Source: an uncultured Oscillospiraceae bacterium (GTDB taxonomy: Bacteria; Bacillota; Clostridia; UMGS1840). From it: a stretch of DNA of 33,368 bases. Numbering within the stretch: position 1 is the stretch's first letter; each line of letters begins with the position of its first letter. Location of the stretch: contig CAYPIJ010000003.1 in the NCBI GenBank assembly GCA_964410755.1, positions 1 to 33,368 of the forward strand. Reading direction: 5' to 3'. Below the pieces are notes generated by a model. The model did not search any database. It saw only the letters and a list, made by a program, of their open reading frames with translations, and had not been told where the DNA came from. Position numbers and translations under genes: made by a program. Below, in pieces: positions 25,703 to 33,368 of this stretch.

Positions 25703-28291
25703 ATGAAAAAAAGAATTTTATCGGTAATTACAGCTCTTATTATGGTTTTATCCTCTACCGCAACGGTTTTTGCGGACGGTCTTGACGGATTTGATTTCGG
25801 TGGTTCTTCCACCGAATCTTCCGATGCGTTGGAAGGATTTGACTTCGGAGACAATTCCGGCAATAACGATTCCTTAGGCGGATTTGACTTTGGAAACAAC
25901 ACAACAGTTCCCACAGAACCAGAAAAACCTGCAATAAGTGTAGAAGAAACATCAGAGGATTGTATAAGCACACAAATGAACATAGAAAGCCGTTACAAAG
26001 AAGCTTACGAGCTTTTGTGTTCCCTTGAAATTGCAGACAAAGAAACAGTTTTGGACACTGAAAAATATATGACAAGAAAAACCTTTGCTGTTTTGGTTGC
26101 AAAACTTATGCAATTAAGCCCGGAAGATGCTACCGTTCTTAAATTTACAGACGTTGAACCGACTGATCCCGATGCACCATACATTGCGGCAGTTTACAAA
26201 GCAGGGGTTATGGTTGGTGTTTCGGACACCTATTTCGGAGCAAGCAAAAAAGTAACATACGACCAACTTTTAAAAGTTCTTGTTGTTGCAACAGGCTACA
26301 GACTTGTTGCCAATGCAAAAGGCAGATATTCCGCAGGATATTCAAGCCTTGCAAATTCTCTTAAAATAACAAAAGATTTGGGAAATACATCAAGCGAAAT
26401 GACAAACGGTAATGTTATTAAAGGAATTTACAACACCCTTTTCGTAAATATCAATGAAATTAAATCCATCGGTGACGGAATAACTTATGAAAAATCCGAC
26501 GAAACATATATGGAATATTATTTCGGAATTACACGTTTTGAAGGCTTTTTCAATGAATATTACGGCACAAACCTTTTCGGAATTTCATATTGCGAAGAAG
26601 ACGAAATTGCAGTAAGCGAATCTAAATTCAAGCTTGGAAAAACAACTTGCTCCAAAGAACTTTTGGGTAGCTTTGTAACGGTTTATTCAAAAAAAGGCGA
26701 TTCCGATTTGAAGCCTACAGTTGTTCTTGTGGTTGAAAACGAGAAAAAAGACAATAACGAATTGATTATCACTTACAAAGATCTCGACAGAATAGCACCA
26801 TCGGGCATAGTAAAATACACAACAGACGACAAACAAAAAAGCGTTTCCGAAAACACAAACGCAAAAGTTATCTATAACGGTGCTTATATGGGCAAGCTTT
26901 CCAACCTTGAAAGCAGATACCTTACATTAAATTCAGGTAATGTTAAGCTTGTAAGCTCACAACCAAACGGAAAATATGATGTAATAATCATTACACAATA
27001 TGAAAACTTTATTGTAAAAAGTGTAAACAGTTCAACGCACAAAATTATTTTCCAAAACGAAATGAAGCTTGACGGTTCAAACAATGTTGTTTTGGATCCC
27101 GAAGATGAAGACACCATTATTAACTACTACATAAACGGTGAATCGGGCGAATTTTCTTCCGTTAAAGCTGGAAACGTTGTTTCAATTTCAAAAAGTCCAA
27201 ATACTTACGGAAAAACAGTTTACAACGTTTATATAGGTTCAGAAACACTTAAAGGCGTGAAAATCGAAACAATCGGAGATGATTACTGCATTATTGACGG
27301 CACAGAATACGACCTTGCTTACAACTACGGAAAAGCAAATGCCGAAAAAATCAATGTAGGTATGACAACAATCGTATTTTTAACCTACTTTAATGAATTT
27401 TTTGCAATTAACAATTCAGGGTCATCAGACCTTTCTTACGGTTATTTAACAAATTACCAAAAATTCGGTTCAAGTGGCTTAAATCCAAAAATTTCACTTA
27501 AATTGTACACAGAAAAAGATGCATTTGAAGAACTTGACCTTGCAGACAAATTCACAGTTAAACACACAAAGGCAACACCCGGTATGGGAACAAGCTATGC
27601 AACCGTATATCAAACAGAAACATCGGTTATGTTTGTGTTCAGTCTTCAGCAGGAGGTGTTCCCACCCTCACAGACGACAGACCTTTCGTAATAGAATCAA
27701 TTGTTCAGGCTGTTGACACAGACGGAGAAAAAATTTGGAAAGTAAACGGAATGAAAGCAGGAAGTGCATATTCCGCAAAGCTCCCTTACGACAAAACAGA
27801 AGTCGAAGTTCTCAATACAGTTGCCTCAAGCGGTTATTTAAGAGCAGATTGTCAAACAGCCGCAGACCTTAAACCGGGAGATATTATCGAAAATCGGTAA
27901 AGACAGCTTAGGATTTATGACAACTTTTGTTCTTTACTACAGACTTGGTGACCAATACAACGAAATGTGGATGAAAACATCGGGCGGTCAGCTTAAACCT
28001 ATGGAAGAAGTTTCCAGACTTGCAGACCCATACACATCTTTTGGAAGAATTGAAGAAAAAGAAGGAAACGTTATGGTTATGAGAGTTTATCCCGACAACG
28101 ATACAACTCACGGATTGTCTTGGAACAGAGCAGCAAGATTTTTGAATACAACTTGTATGCTTATGGAAGTGTCAAACGGAAAAGTTAAAGTATCTAAAGT
28201 AACTTCAGACGAATTTAACGTTGGTGACGAAGTTTTCGTAAGAAACTGGTATCATTCAACATATTCCGCAATCGTTATAAGACAAAAATAA
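25703..28291 (+). pseudogene. SLH-domain surface protein gene (about 860 codons) interrupted by two frameshifts (-1 near 27562-27691, +1 at the A-run 27889-27892)
   Basis: Signal peptide MKKRILSVITALIMVLSSTATVFA/DG and an SLH-like segment FTDVEPTDPDAPYIAAVYKAGVMVGVSDTYFGASKKVTYDQLLKVL. After the stop at 27689-27691, protein-like sequence continues in frame 1 (VCVQSSAGGVPTLTDDRPFVIESIVQAVDTDGEKIWKVNG...PGDIIE). It then returns to the original frame (IGKDSLGFMTTFVLYYRLGDQYNEMW...) and runs to 28291. Confidence 0.7.
25787..25894 (+). repeat. Three spaced copies of a GFDFG-encoding unit (ggatttga(t/c)tt(c/t)gg) in the N-terminal linker of the SLH protein
   Basis: DGLDGFDFGGSSTESSDALEGFDFGDNSGNNDSLGGFDFGNN. 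The 14-nt cores are near-identical and start 48 and 45 nt apart. Confidence 0.7.
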
Positions 28292-28304
28292 TCAATCAAA
28301 GCAT

Positions 28305-28335
28305 AAAAAAACGTGTCAAAATGACACGTTTTTTT
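28305..28335. terminator. Bidirectional intrinsic terminator shared by the convergent SLH gene and MFS gene
   Basis: aaaaaa-ACGTGTCA-aaa-TGACACGT-tttttt, an 8-bp GC-containing stem flanked by A6 and T6 runs. Confidence 0.85.
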
Positions 28336-29488
28336 ATTTAAGTACAGTTTTTCTGAAATTCGACATTACAAGCATTAAAACTGCAAAGACAAGTAAATAG
28401 TAGGGATACAAAGAAATTGCGATATACTGTGCGATAACGCCGAAAACAGGCGGTGCCAACGTTGAGCCAACATAAGCACTTGCCATTTGTATTCCCACAA
28501 GAGCCTGTGAATTTTCTTTACCGAAATCATAAGGTGTGGAATGGATAATGCACGGATATACAGGTGCTGCACCAAGCCCCACAACGATAAGTCCGAAAAG
28601 TGCGACTTCCTTTGGAACAAAAGGAACAAAAATCATAACAGCACCGACAATCATAACCCAAATACCTACATTAATCATAGTTTTATCACCAAATTTATCG
28701 GCAACAAAGCCGTTTAAAAATCTGCCTGCCGTTTCTCCCAAATAGAAAAGAGATGCAAATCTTGCCGCTGTTTGAACATCTATACCACGAGCTCCCACAA
28801 GATAACTGCTTGCCCAAAGTCCTGCCGTTGCTTCAAGGGCACAAAAAGCAAAAAACATTACAAGTGTAGGCTTAACACCTTTTATTTTCAAAACAGTTTT
28901 TAATGTTTTAGGCTCGGAAGAAACTTCCTCGTCATCATCTTGATTTTTTTTCCAAAGAAAAAGTGTTGAAAACAAAATCACAGTTAAAATTATTTGCAAA
29001 AAGGAAACTGTTCTGTAGCCCATTTGCCAACCCAAATTATTTGTAAGACAACGTCCCATAATATTTGGGCTTATGGAAACACCAACGCCCCAAAAAGCAT
29101 GAAGCCAACTCATTTGTCTTGACGAATAGTGAATTGCAACATAATTGTTAAGAGCCGCATCAACTCCTCCTGCACCCAAACCGTAAGGAATTGCCCAAAC
29201 AAGAAGAAGCACAAAAGAATTTGAAATTGAAAAGCCGAACAAAGCACTAGCCGTCATGGCAACGCTTATCGCAGTAACCCACCCGGCACCGAATTTTTTT
29301 GTAACACGGTCTGCCATAAGACTGGAAACAATTGTTCCTCCTGCGATAATCATAGAAACAATTCCGGCATAAGAAACAGGAACATTTAATTCACCTCTCA
29401 TAACAGGCCAAGCCGACCCAAAAAGCGAATCGGGAAGCCCCAAACTTATGAAAGCCAAATAAATAATTGCAAGTAATAAAAAAACCAT
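28334..29488 (-). CDS. Major facilitator superfamily transporter (substrate unknown)
   Basis: 384 aa with about 12 predicted TM helices and an acidic central loop (KKNQDDDEEVSSEPK). RBS GGGAGG. Confidence 0.88.
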   Translation of the reverse strand: MVFLLLAIIYLAFISLGLPDSLFGSAWPVMRGELNVPVSYAGIVSMIIAGGTIVSSLMADRVTKKFGAGWVTAISVAMTASALFGFSISNSFVLLLVWAIPYGLGAGGVDAALNNYVAIHYSSRQMSWLHAFWGVGVSISPNIMGRCLTNNLGWQMGYRTVSFLQIILTVILFSTLFLWKKNQDDDEEVSSEPKTLKTVLKIKGVKPTLVMFFAFCALEATAGLWASSYLVGARGIDVQTAARFASLFYLGETAGRFLNGFVADKFGDKTMINVGIWVMIVGAVMIFVPFVPKEVALFGLIVVGLGAAPVYPCIIHSTPYDFGKENSQALVGIQMASAYVGSTLAPPVFGVIAQYIAISLYPYYLLVFAVLMLVMSNFRKTVLK

Positions 29489-29524
29489 AATGCGTTCCTC
29501 CCATATTCTAAAAAAATCCCGTTT

Positions 29525-29553
29525 ATTATATACCTTTTTTCTTTATATGTCAA
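29525..29553 (-). promoter_or_regulatory. Consensus sigma-A promoter TTGACA-17 nt-TATAAT for the MFS gene
   Basis: The minus strand reads acttgacatataaagaaaaaaggtatataat. The -10 is at 29525-29530 and the -35 at 29548-29553. Confidence 0.65.
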
Positions 29554-29607
29554 GTACTTTTTTAAAAAAATTTCAACTTTTTTCGCAATAATAAAAAGCA
29601 ACAAAAA

Positions 29608-29640
29608 AACAACGTTACCCACAAAAAAAGTAACGTTGTT
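29608..29640 (-). terminator. Intrinsic terminator of the ACT-hom-ask operon
   Basis: 11-bp arms aacaacgttac / gtaacgttgtt with an 11-nt loop. On the minus strand they are followed by TTTTTGTTGCTTTTTATT. Confidence 0.8.
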
Positions 29641-29662
29641 TTCTGTTTATTTTCAATTAATG

Positions 29663-30868
29663 TTAATCAAAAAATTTGTCATGAATTGTAGCAACCGCAG
29701 CTTCCGCTTTCTTTTCGTTTACCAAAACGGAAACCTTGATTTCAGATGTTGTAATCATGTGAATGTTGATGCCCGCATCGTAAAGAGCTTCAAACATTTT
29801 TGTTGCAACACCGGGATTTGATGCCATTCCAGCGCCAACTATCGAAACTTTTGAAACATCAACTCTATGGTCTATTCTTTCTGCATTCAAAACACCTTTG
29901 TTTTCTTCCAAAATTGCAAGTGCATCTTCAAGCTGAGCTTTTGAAGTTGTAAAGGAAATATCCTTTTTATTGTCTCTGCCCAATGACTGCAAAATTACAT
30001 CTACATTTATATTTTTCTTTGTGAGAAGTGAGAACACTCTATATGCCATTCCCGGAGTATCTTCCAAACCTACTACGGTAATTCTTGCAACATCATTATC
30101 TCTTGCTACACCTCTTATTAACATTTTTTCCACGTTAGCTTCCTCCTTAACTTTTGTTCCCTCTATTTTTTCAAAGCTTGATTTTACTTCAAGATCTACA
30201 TTGTATTTTTTTGCCAATTCAACTGAACGATTATGAAGAACGTTTGCACCTGCTGAAGCAAGTTCAAGCATTTCGTCATAAGATACATCTTTCAATTTTT
30301 TTGCATTTTTCACAATTCTCGGATCGGCTGTATAAACGCCGTCAACATCTGTATAAATTTCGCATATATCAGCGTGCAATGCTGCCGCCAAAGCAACTGC
30401 CGTTGTATCGGAACCGCCTCTTCCCAAGGTTGTAATATCGTTTACATCATTAATTCCCTGGAAACCTGCAACAATAACGATTCTGCCTTTATCGATTTCA
30501 TTTAAAAGTCTCGATGTTTCAACTTTTTCAATTCTTGCGGAACCGTAATTCATATTTGTTTTGATGGGCGCCTGCCAACCTGTAAGAGAAACAACAGGAT
30601 ATTTTTTCTGTTCCAAAGCCATAGCCAAAAGTGCAATGGTAATCTGTTCACCTGTGGACAATAAAACGTCCATTTCTCTTTTTGACGGTTTTTGGTTTAT
30701 GCTGTCTGCTTTTTCAATAAGGTCGTCCGTTGTATCACCCATAGCCGAAACAACAACAACAACACTGTTGCCTTTGTCATATTCATCTGCTATACGGCCT
30801 GCAACGTTGAAGATTTTTTCAGCGTTTGCAACCGAACTTCCTCCGAATTTTTGTACTACTAAAGCCAC
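29663..30868 (-). CDS. ask: Aspartate kinase (monofunctional, two C-terminal ACT domains)
   Basis: 401 aa starting MALVVQKFGGSSVANAEKI, with VVVVSAMGDTTD and TLGRGGSDTTAVALAAAL. Confidence 0.95.
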   Translation of the reverse strand: MALVVQKFGGSSVANAEKIFNVAGRIADEYDKGNSVVVVVSAMGDTTDDLIEKADSINQKPSKREMDVLLSTGEQITIALLAMALEQKKYPVVSLTGWQAPIKTNMNYGSARIEKVETSRLLNEIDKGRIVIVAGFQGINDVNDITTLGRGGSDTTAVALAAALHADICEIYTDVDGVYTADPRIVKNAKKLKDVSYDEMLELASAGANVLHNRSVELAKKYNVDLEVKSSFEKIEGTKVKEEANVEKMLIRGVARDNDVARITVVGLEDTPGMAYRVFSLLTKKNINVDVILQSLGRDNKKDISFTTSKAQLEDALAILEENKGVLNAERIDHRVDVSKVSIVGAGMASNPGVATKMFEALYDAGINIHMITTSEIKVSVLVNEKKAEAAVATIHDKFFD

Positions 30869-30881
30869 GTTTTTTTCCTCC

Positions 30882-32075
30882 TTAACACAATTTGATGTAT
30901 TTAATATAATTGTCGGCTGATTTTAAGAGATTTTCTTCCGTTATAACATCGGTAACAAGACCTGTTTCTCCGTCTTTTATCGCTACCTTTTCCACAACGG
31001 GCAATTCTTTTTCGATAATTTCGGGATTATTTGTACGGATAAGGTATTGACCCTTATTTTCCTCTTTTTTCGCAACGAAACTATCGTCTCCCTCACTCCA
31101 TGTATATTCGTGATGTTTCTCTAAGTTTCTTAAACAATCGATAATATCCGCAACTACCGCACTTGCTGTTGGAAGTTTACCTGCACCGGGACCGTAAAAT
31201 ACAACTTCACCGATTGCATTTCCGTTTACAACAATACCGTTAAATACGTCGTTTACGTTTGCAAGAGAGCTTTCCTTTTTAATAAGGCGAGGCTCAACGG
31301 AAACATAAACCTTATCATCGATTTTTTCAGCTTGTCCTATAAGCTTGATAACGCTGTTCAATTTTTCGGCATATTTTACGTCATCGGAATCTATGTTTGA
31401 AATACCTATTGTCTTAATTTTATTACTGTCAACGAATTTTCCGAAAACAAGTGACGACAAAATTGCAATTTTTCTGCAAGCGTCAATTCCCTCAACGTCC
31501 GCTGTGGGGTCTTTTTCCGCATAACCCTTTGCCTGTGCTTCTTTCAAAACAGTTTCAAAGTCCATACCCTCGTTAAACATTTTTGTTAAAATATAGTTTG
31601 TGGTACCGTTTAAAATACCTGTAATTTTTGTTATTTCATTTGCCGCAAGACAGCTGTAGAGAGGTCTTATAATAGGAATACCGCCTCCCACACTTGCTTC
31701 AAATAAGTAATTTGCACCGTTTTCTTCAGCTATTTTCAAAAGCTCCGTTCCGTGAGTTGCAACAAGCTCTTTGTTTGAAGTACAAACGCTTTTTCCTGCC
31801 AAAAGAAGTTTTTTGGTGTAATCGTAAGCAAATGTTGCTCCTCCCATAACCTCCGCAACAACGGAAATTTCTGGATCGTTTAAAATTTTGTTAAAATCGT
31901 TTGTGATTGTGCTGTATTGGGGGTCGCTTTCGTCAAATTGTCTTATGTCGAGAACGTATTTGACTTCAACCTTATCACCGACTTTTTTTGCAAGGGATTC
32001 GGCATTTACTCTGATAACTTCGCAAACTCCGCTACCAACAACACCGTAACCCATTACCGCTACTTTATATGCCAT
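30882..32075 (-). CDS. hom: Homoserine dehydrogenase
   Basis: 397 aa with VAVMGYGVVGSGV (NAD-binding), FEASVGGGIPII, GILNGTTNYILT and a C-terminal ACT-like region. Confidence 0.95.
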   Translation of the reverse strand: MAYKVAVMGYGVVGSGVCEVIRVNAESLAKKVGDKVEVKYVLDIRQFDESDPQYSTITNDFNKILNDPEISVVAEVMGGATFAYDYTKKLLLAGKSVCTSNKELVATHGTELLKIAEENGANYLFEASVGGGIPIIRPLYSCLAANEITKITGILNGTTNYILTKMFNEGMDFETVLKEAQAKGYAEKDPTADVEGIDACRKIAILSSLVFGKFVDSNKIKTIGISNIDSDDVKYAEKLNSVIKLIGQAEKIDDKVYVSVEPRLIKKESSLANVNDVFNGIVVNGNAIGEVVFYGPGAGKLPTASAVVADIIDCLRNLEKHHEYTWSEGDDSFVAKKEENKGQYLIRTNNPEIIEKELPVVEKVAIKDGETGLVTDVITEENLLKSADNYIKYIKLC

Positions 32076-32099
32076 ATTTGTTTTTTCTCCTTTTCTTTA

Positions 32100-32546
32100 T
32101 TATATATCGTTTTCCACTGCGGAAAAATTGCTTACATTTTCTATTGCCTTAATTTTCTTTTCAAGATATTCCATACTTTTTTTCATATTTGAAGTATCTA
32201 TGGAAAGGGATATATCCGCATTCCCGTTTATTGGGATATTTTGGTTTATGGTAAGCACGTTTGCTCCGTGTTTCGCAACAACTCCCAAAACCGTGGATAA
32301 ACTCCCTGCCGCGTCCGAAAGACGCATATATAATGTTACAACCTTATCTTTATTTAAAGGAATGTATGGTGCAATCATATCCTTATACTTATAAAAAGCA
32401 CTTCTGGATATTCCCACAATTTTTACCGCTTCGGATACACTCATTTTTTTGTTGCTTTCCAAAAGATGTTTCACCTTATACGCCTTTATAAGACTTTCGG
32501 GAACAGCTCTTTTGTCGACAATGTAGAACTCATAATCAAAATTCAT
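32100..32546 (-). CDS. UPF0735/PheB-like ACT domain protein (N-terminal HTH-like segment plus ACT)
   Basis: MNFDYEFYIVDKRAVPESLIKAYKVK...GISRSAFYKYKD, followed by an ACT-like core. The start at 32546 is supported by GAGGAG 7 nt upstream and by a promoter that lies inside the longer ORF-track version. Confidence 0.78.
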   Translation of the reverse strand: MNFDYEFYIVDKRAVPESLIKAYKVKHLLESNKKMSVSEAVKIVGISRSAFYKYKDMIAPYIPLNKDKVVTLYMRLSDAAGSLSTVLGVVAKHGANVLTINQNIPINGNADISLSIDTSNMKKSMEYLEKKIKAIENVSNFSAVENDI

Positions 32547-32582
32547 TTGTCCACTCCTCAAAAACAATTGTTCACTTGTGGT

Positions 32583-32611
32583 AGTATACCACATATTTCC
32601 TCTTATAACAA
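32583..32611 (-). promoter_or_regulatory. Sigma-A-like promoter TTGTTA-17 nt-TATACT (TGg extended -10) for ACT-hom-ask
   Basis: The minus strand reads ccttgttataagaggaaatatgtggtatact. It leaves a 5' UTR of only about 35 nt. Confidence 0.5.
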
Positions 32612-32707
32612 GGACAATTATTCAAGATTATTTACAAATAAATCTGTTTTTCTCTCATTTTTAATCTTTTTCACTTTTTTTCGGCTTTTATTTTTTTGTC
32701 ACATTTA

Positions 32708-33367
32708 CTACTTAAGCTTATTGTGGGGACAGTTTTTTATACATATTCCGCAAACACTTCCCCTGCCTATTTTCATAAATTCCCTTTTCATATAGTCGGA
32801 ACAGGCTTTTCTGTCAATAAGATTTTGGTCGGGATTTTCAATATCGAAGCTTTTTCCGTAAATCGCCTGTGCGGGACACACAGTTGAACAAATTCTGCAA
32901 CCTTTACATATATCCTCTTTTAACGGTTCACCGCATTTTAAGGGCATATCAGTAAAAACTGTGCCCAATCTTACTTTAGAACCGAAATCCTTATGAATAA
33001 AAAGTGCATTTTTCCCAATATAACCATGACCGCTTAAAAAAGCCGCTTTTTTGTGTGGATATTCCCCTGCCATTGTTTCGTGACCGTTTACAGTTTGAGA
33101 TGCGGCTATGGGCATATAGCGATAACCTTTACTTTCTATAAAATTCCCAACAAGGATACTCAATCTGTCAATCAGTGCGTTTGCACTTCTGTAATGAGAA
33201 AAATATGTATATGTGGGCTTGTCCGTAATTTGAGAAAGGACAAAATCGGAAAGCTTTACACCATAGGATATGGCAAAAGGCAAATCTTCATAAGATGCAT
33301 TTGCAACACCTGCAAAGCTTGCTCCGTTTTCCAAAAGTATTTTTTCAATTTCATTATTATAATACAT
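32708..33367 (-). CDS. 4Fe-4S dicluster protein of the epoxyqueuosine-reductase (QueG)/reductive-dehalogenase-like family, short form
   Basis: 219 aa with two ferredoxin-type Cys motifs, CKGCRICSTVCP and CGICIKNCP. The ATG lies 1 nt from the window end, so the true start may be upstream. Confidence 0.55.
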   Translation of the reverse strand: MYYNNEIEKILLENGASFAGVANASYEDLPFAISYGVKLSDFVLSQITDKPTYTYFSHYRSANALIDRLSILVGNFIESKGYRYMPIAASQTVNGHETMAGEYPHKKAAFLSGHGYIGKNALFIHKDFGSKVRLGTVFTDMPLKCGEPLKEDICKGCRICSTVCPAQAIYGKSFDIENPDQNLIDRKACSDYMKREFMKIGRGSVCGICIKNCPHNKLK

Positions 33368-33368
33368 T

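Noticed and set aside
1-33368. Scan for CRISPR arrays, tRNA/rRNA genes, IS elements, integrases, toxin-antitoxin pairs and known defence-system genes.
   Set aside because: No direct-repeat/spacer arrays, cloverleaf candidates in intergenic regions, transposase- or recombinase-like ORFs, or defence-associated domains were recognisable in any frame.

Overview
AT-rich, Clostridia-like (Bacillota) chromosomal segment, called from gene content and protein signatures read by eye. Most genes are on the minus strand. In coordinate order the window holds: serA-serC; a division/cell-wall (dcw) cluster that on its own strand reads mraZ-rsmH-ftsL-PBP-murE-murF-mraY-ftsW-murG-murA-ftsQ-DUF881-sbp-ftsZ; a P-type cation ATPase whose leader looks like a yybP-ykoY (Mn2+) riboswitch with a terminator expression platform; a plus-strand accessory block (21.3-28.3 kb); an MFS transporter; an ACT-protein/hom/ask operon; and a QueG-like Fe-S protein. 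The accessory block holds a frameshifted beta-helix gene, an intact 901-aa secreted repeat protein and an SLH-type surface-protein gene broken by two frameshifts. I found no tRNA, rRNA, CRISPR array, transposase, integrase or recognisable defence genes. The points most worth a second look are: (1) an (ATGT)n tetranucleotide tract at the window edge, just downstream of promoter/RBS/ATG signals, which may be a phase-variation switch; (2) a bipartite sequence element shared between the PBP-murE spacer and the 5' UTR of the surface-protein gene; (3) a roughly 280-nt mraZ leader with 10-bp-phased MraZ-box-like repeats and an inverted distal copy; (4) the riboswitch-controlled ATPase, which has a non-canonical M4 motif; (5) a dcw cluster lacking murD and ftsA; (6) three frameshifts, all confined to the accessory block. 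All homology calls come from my reading of the translated ORFs, not from database searches.
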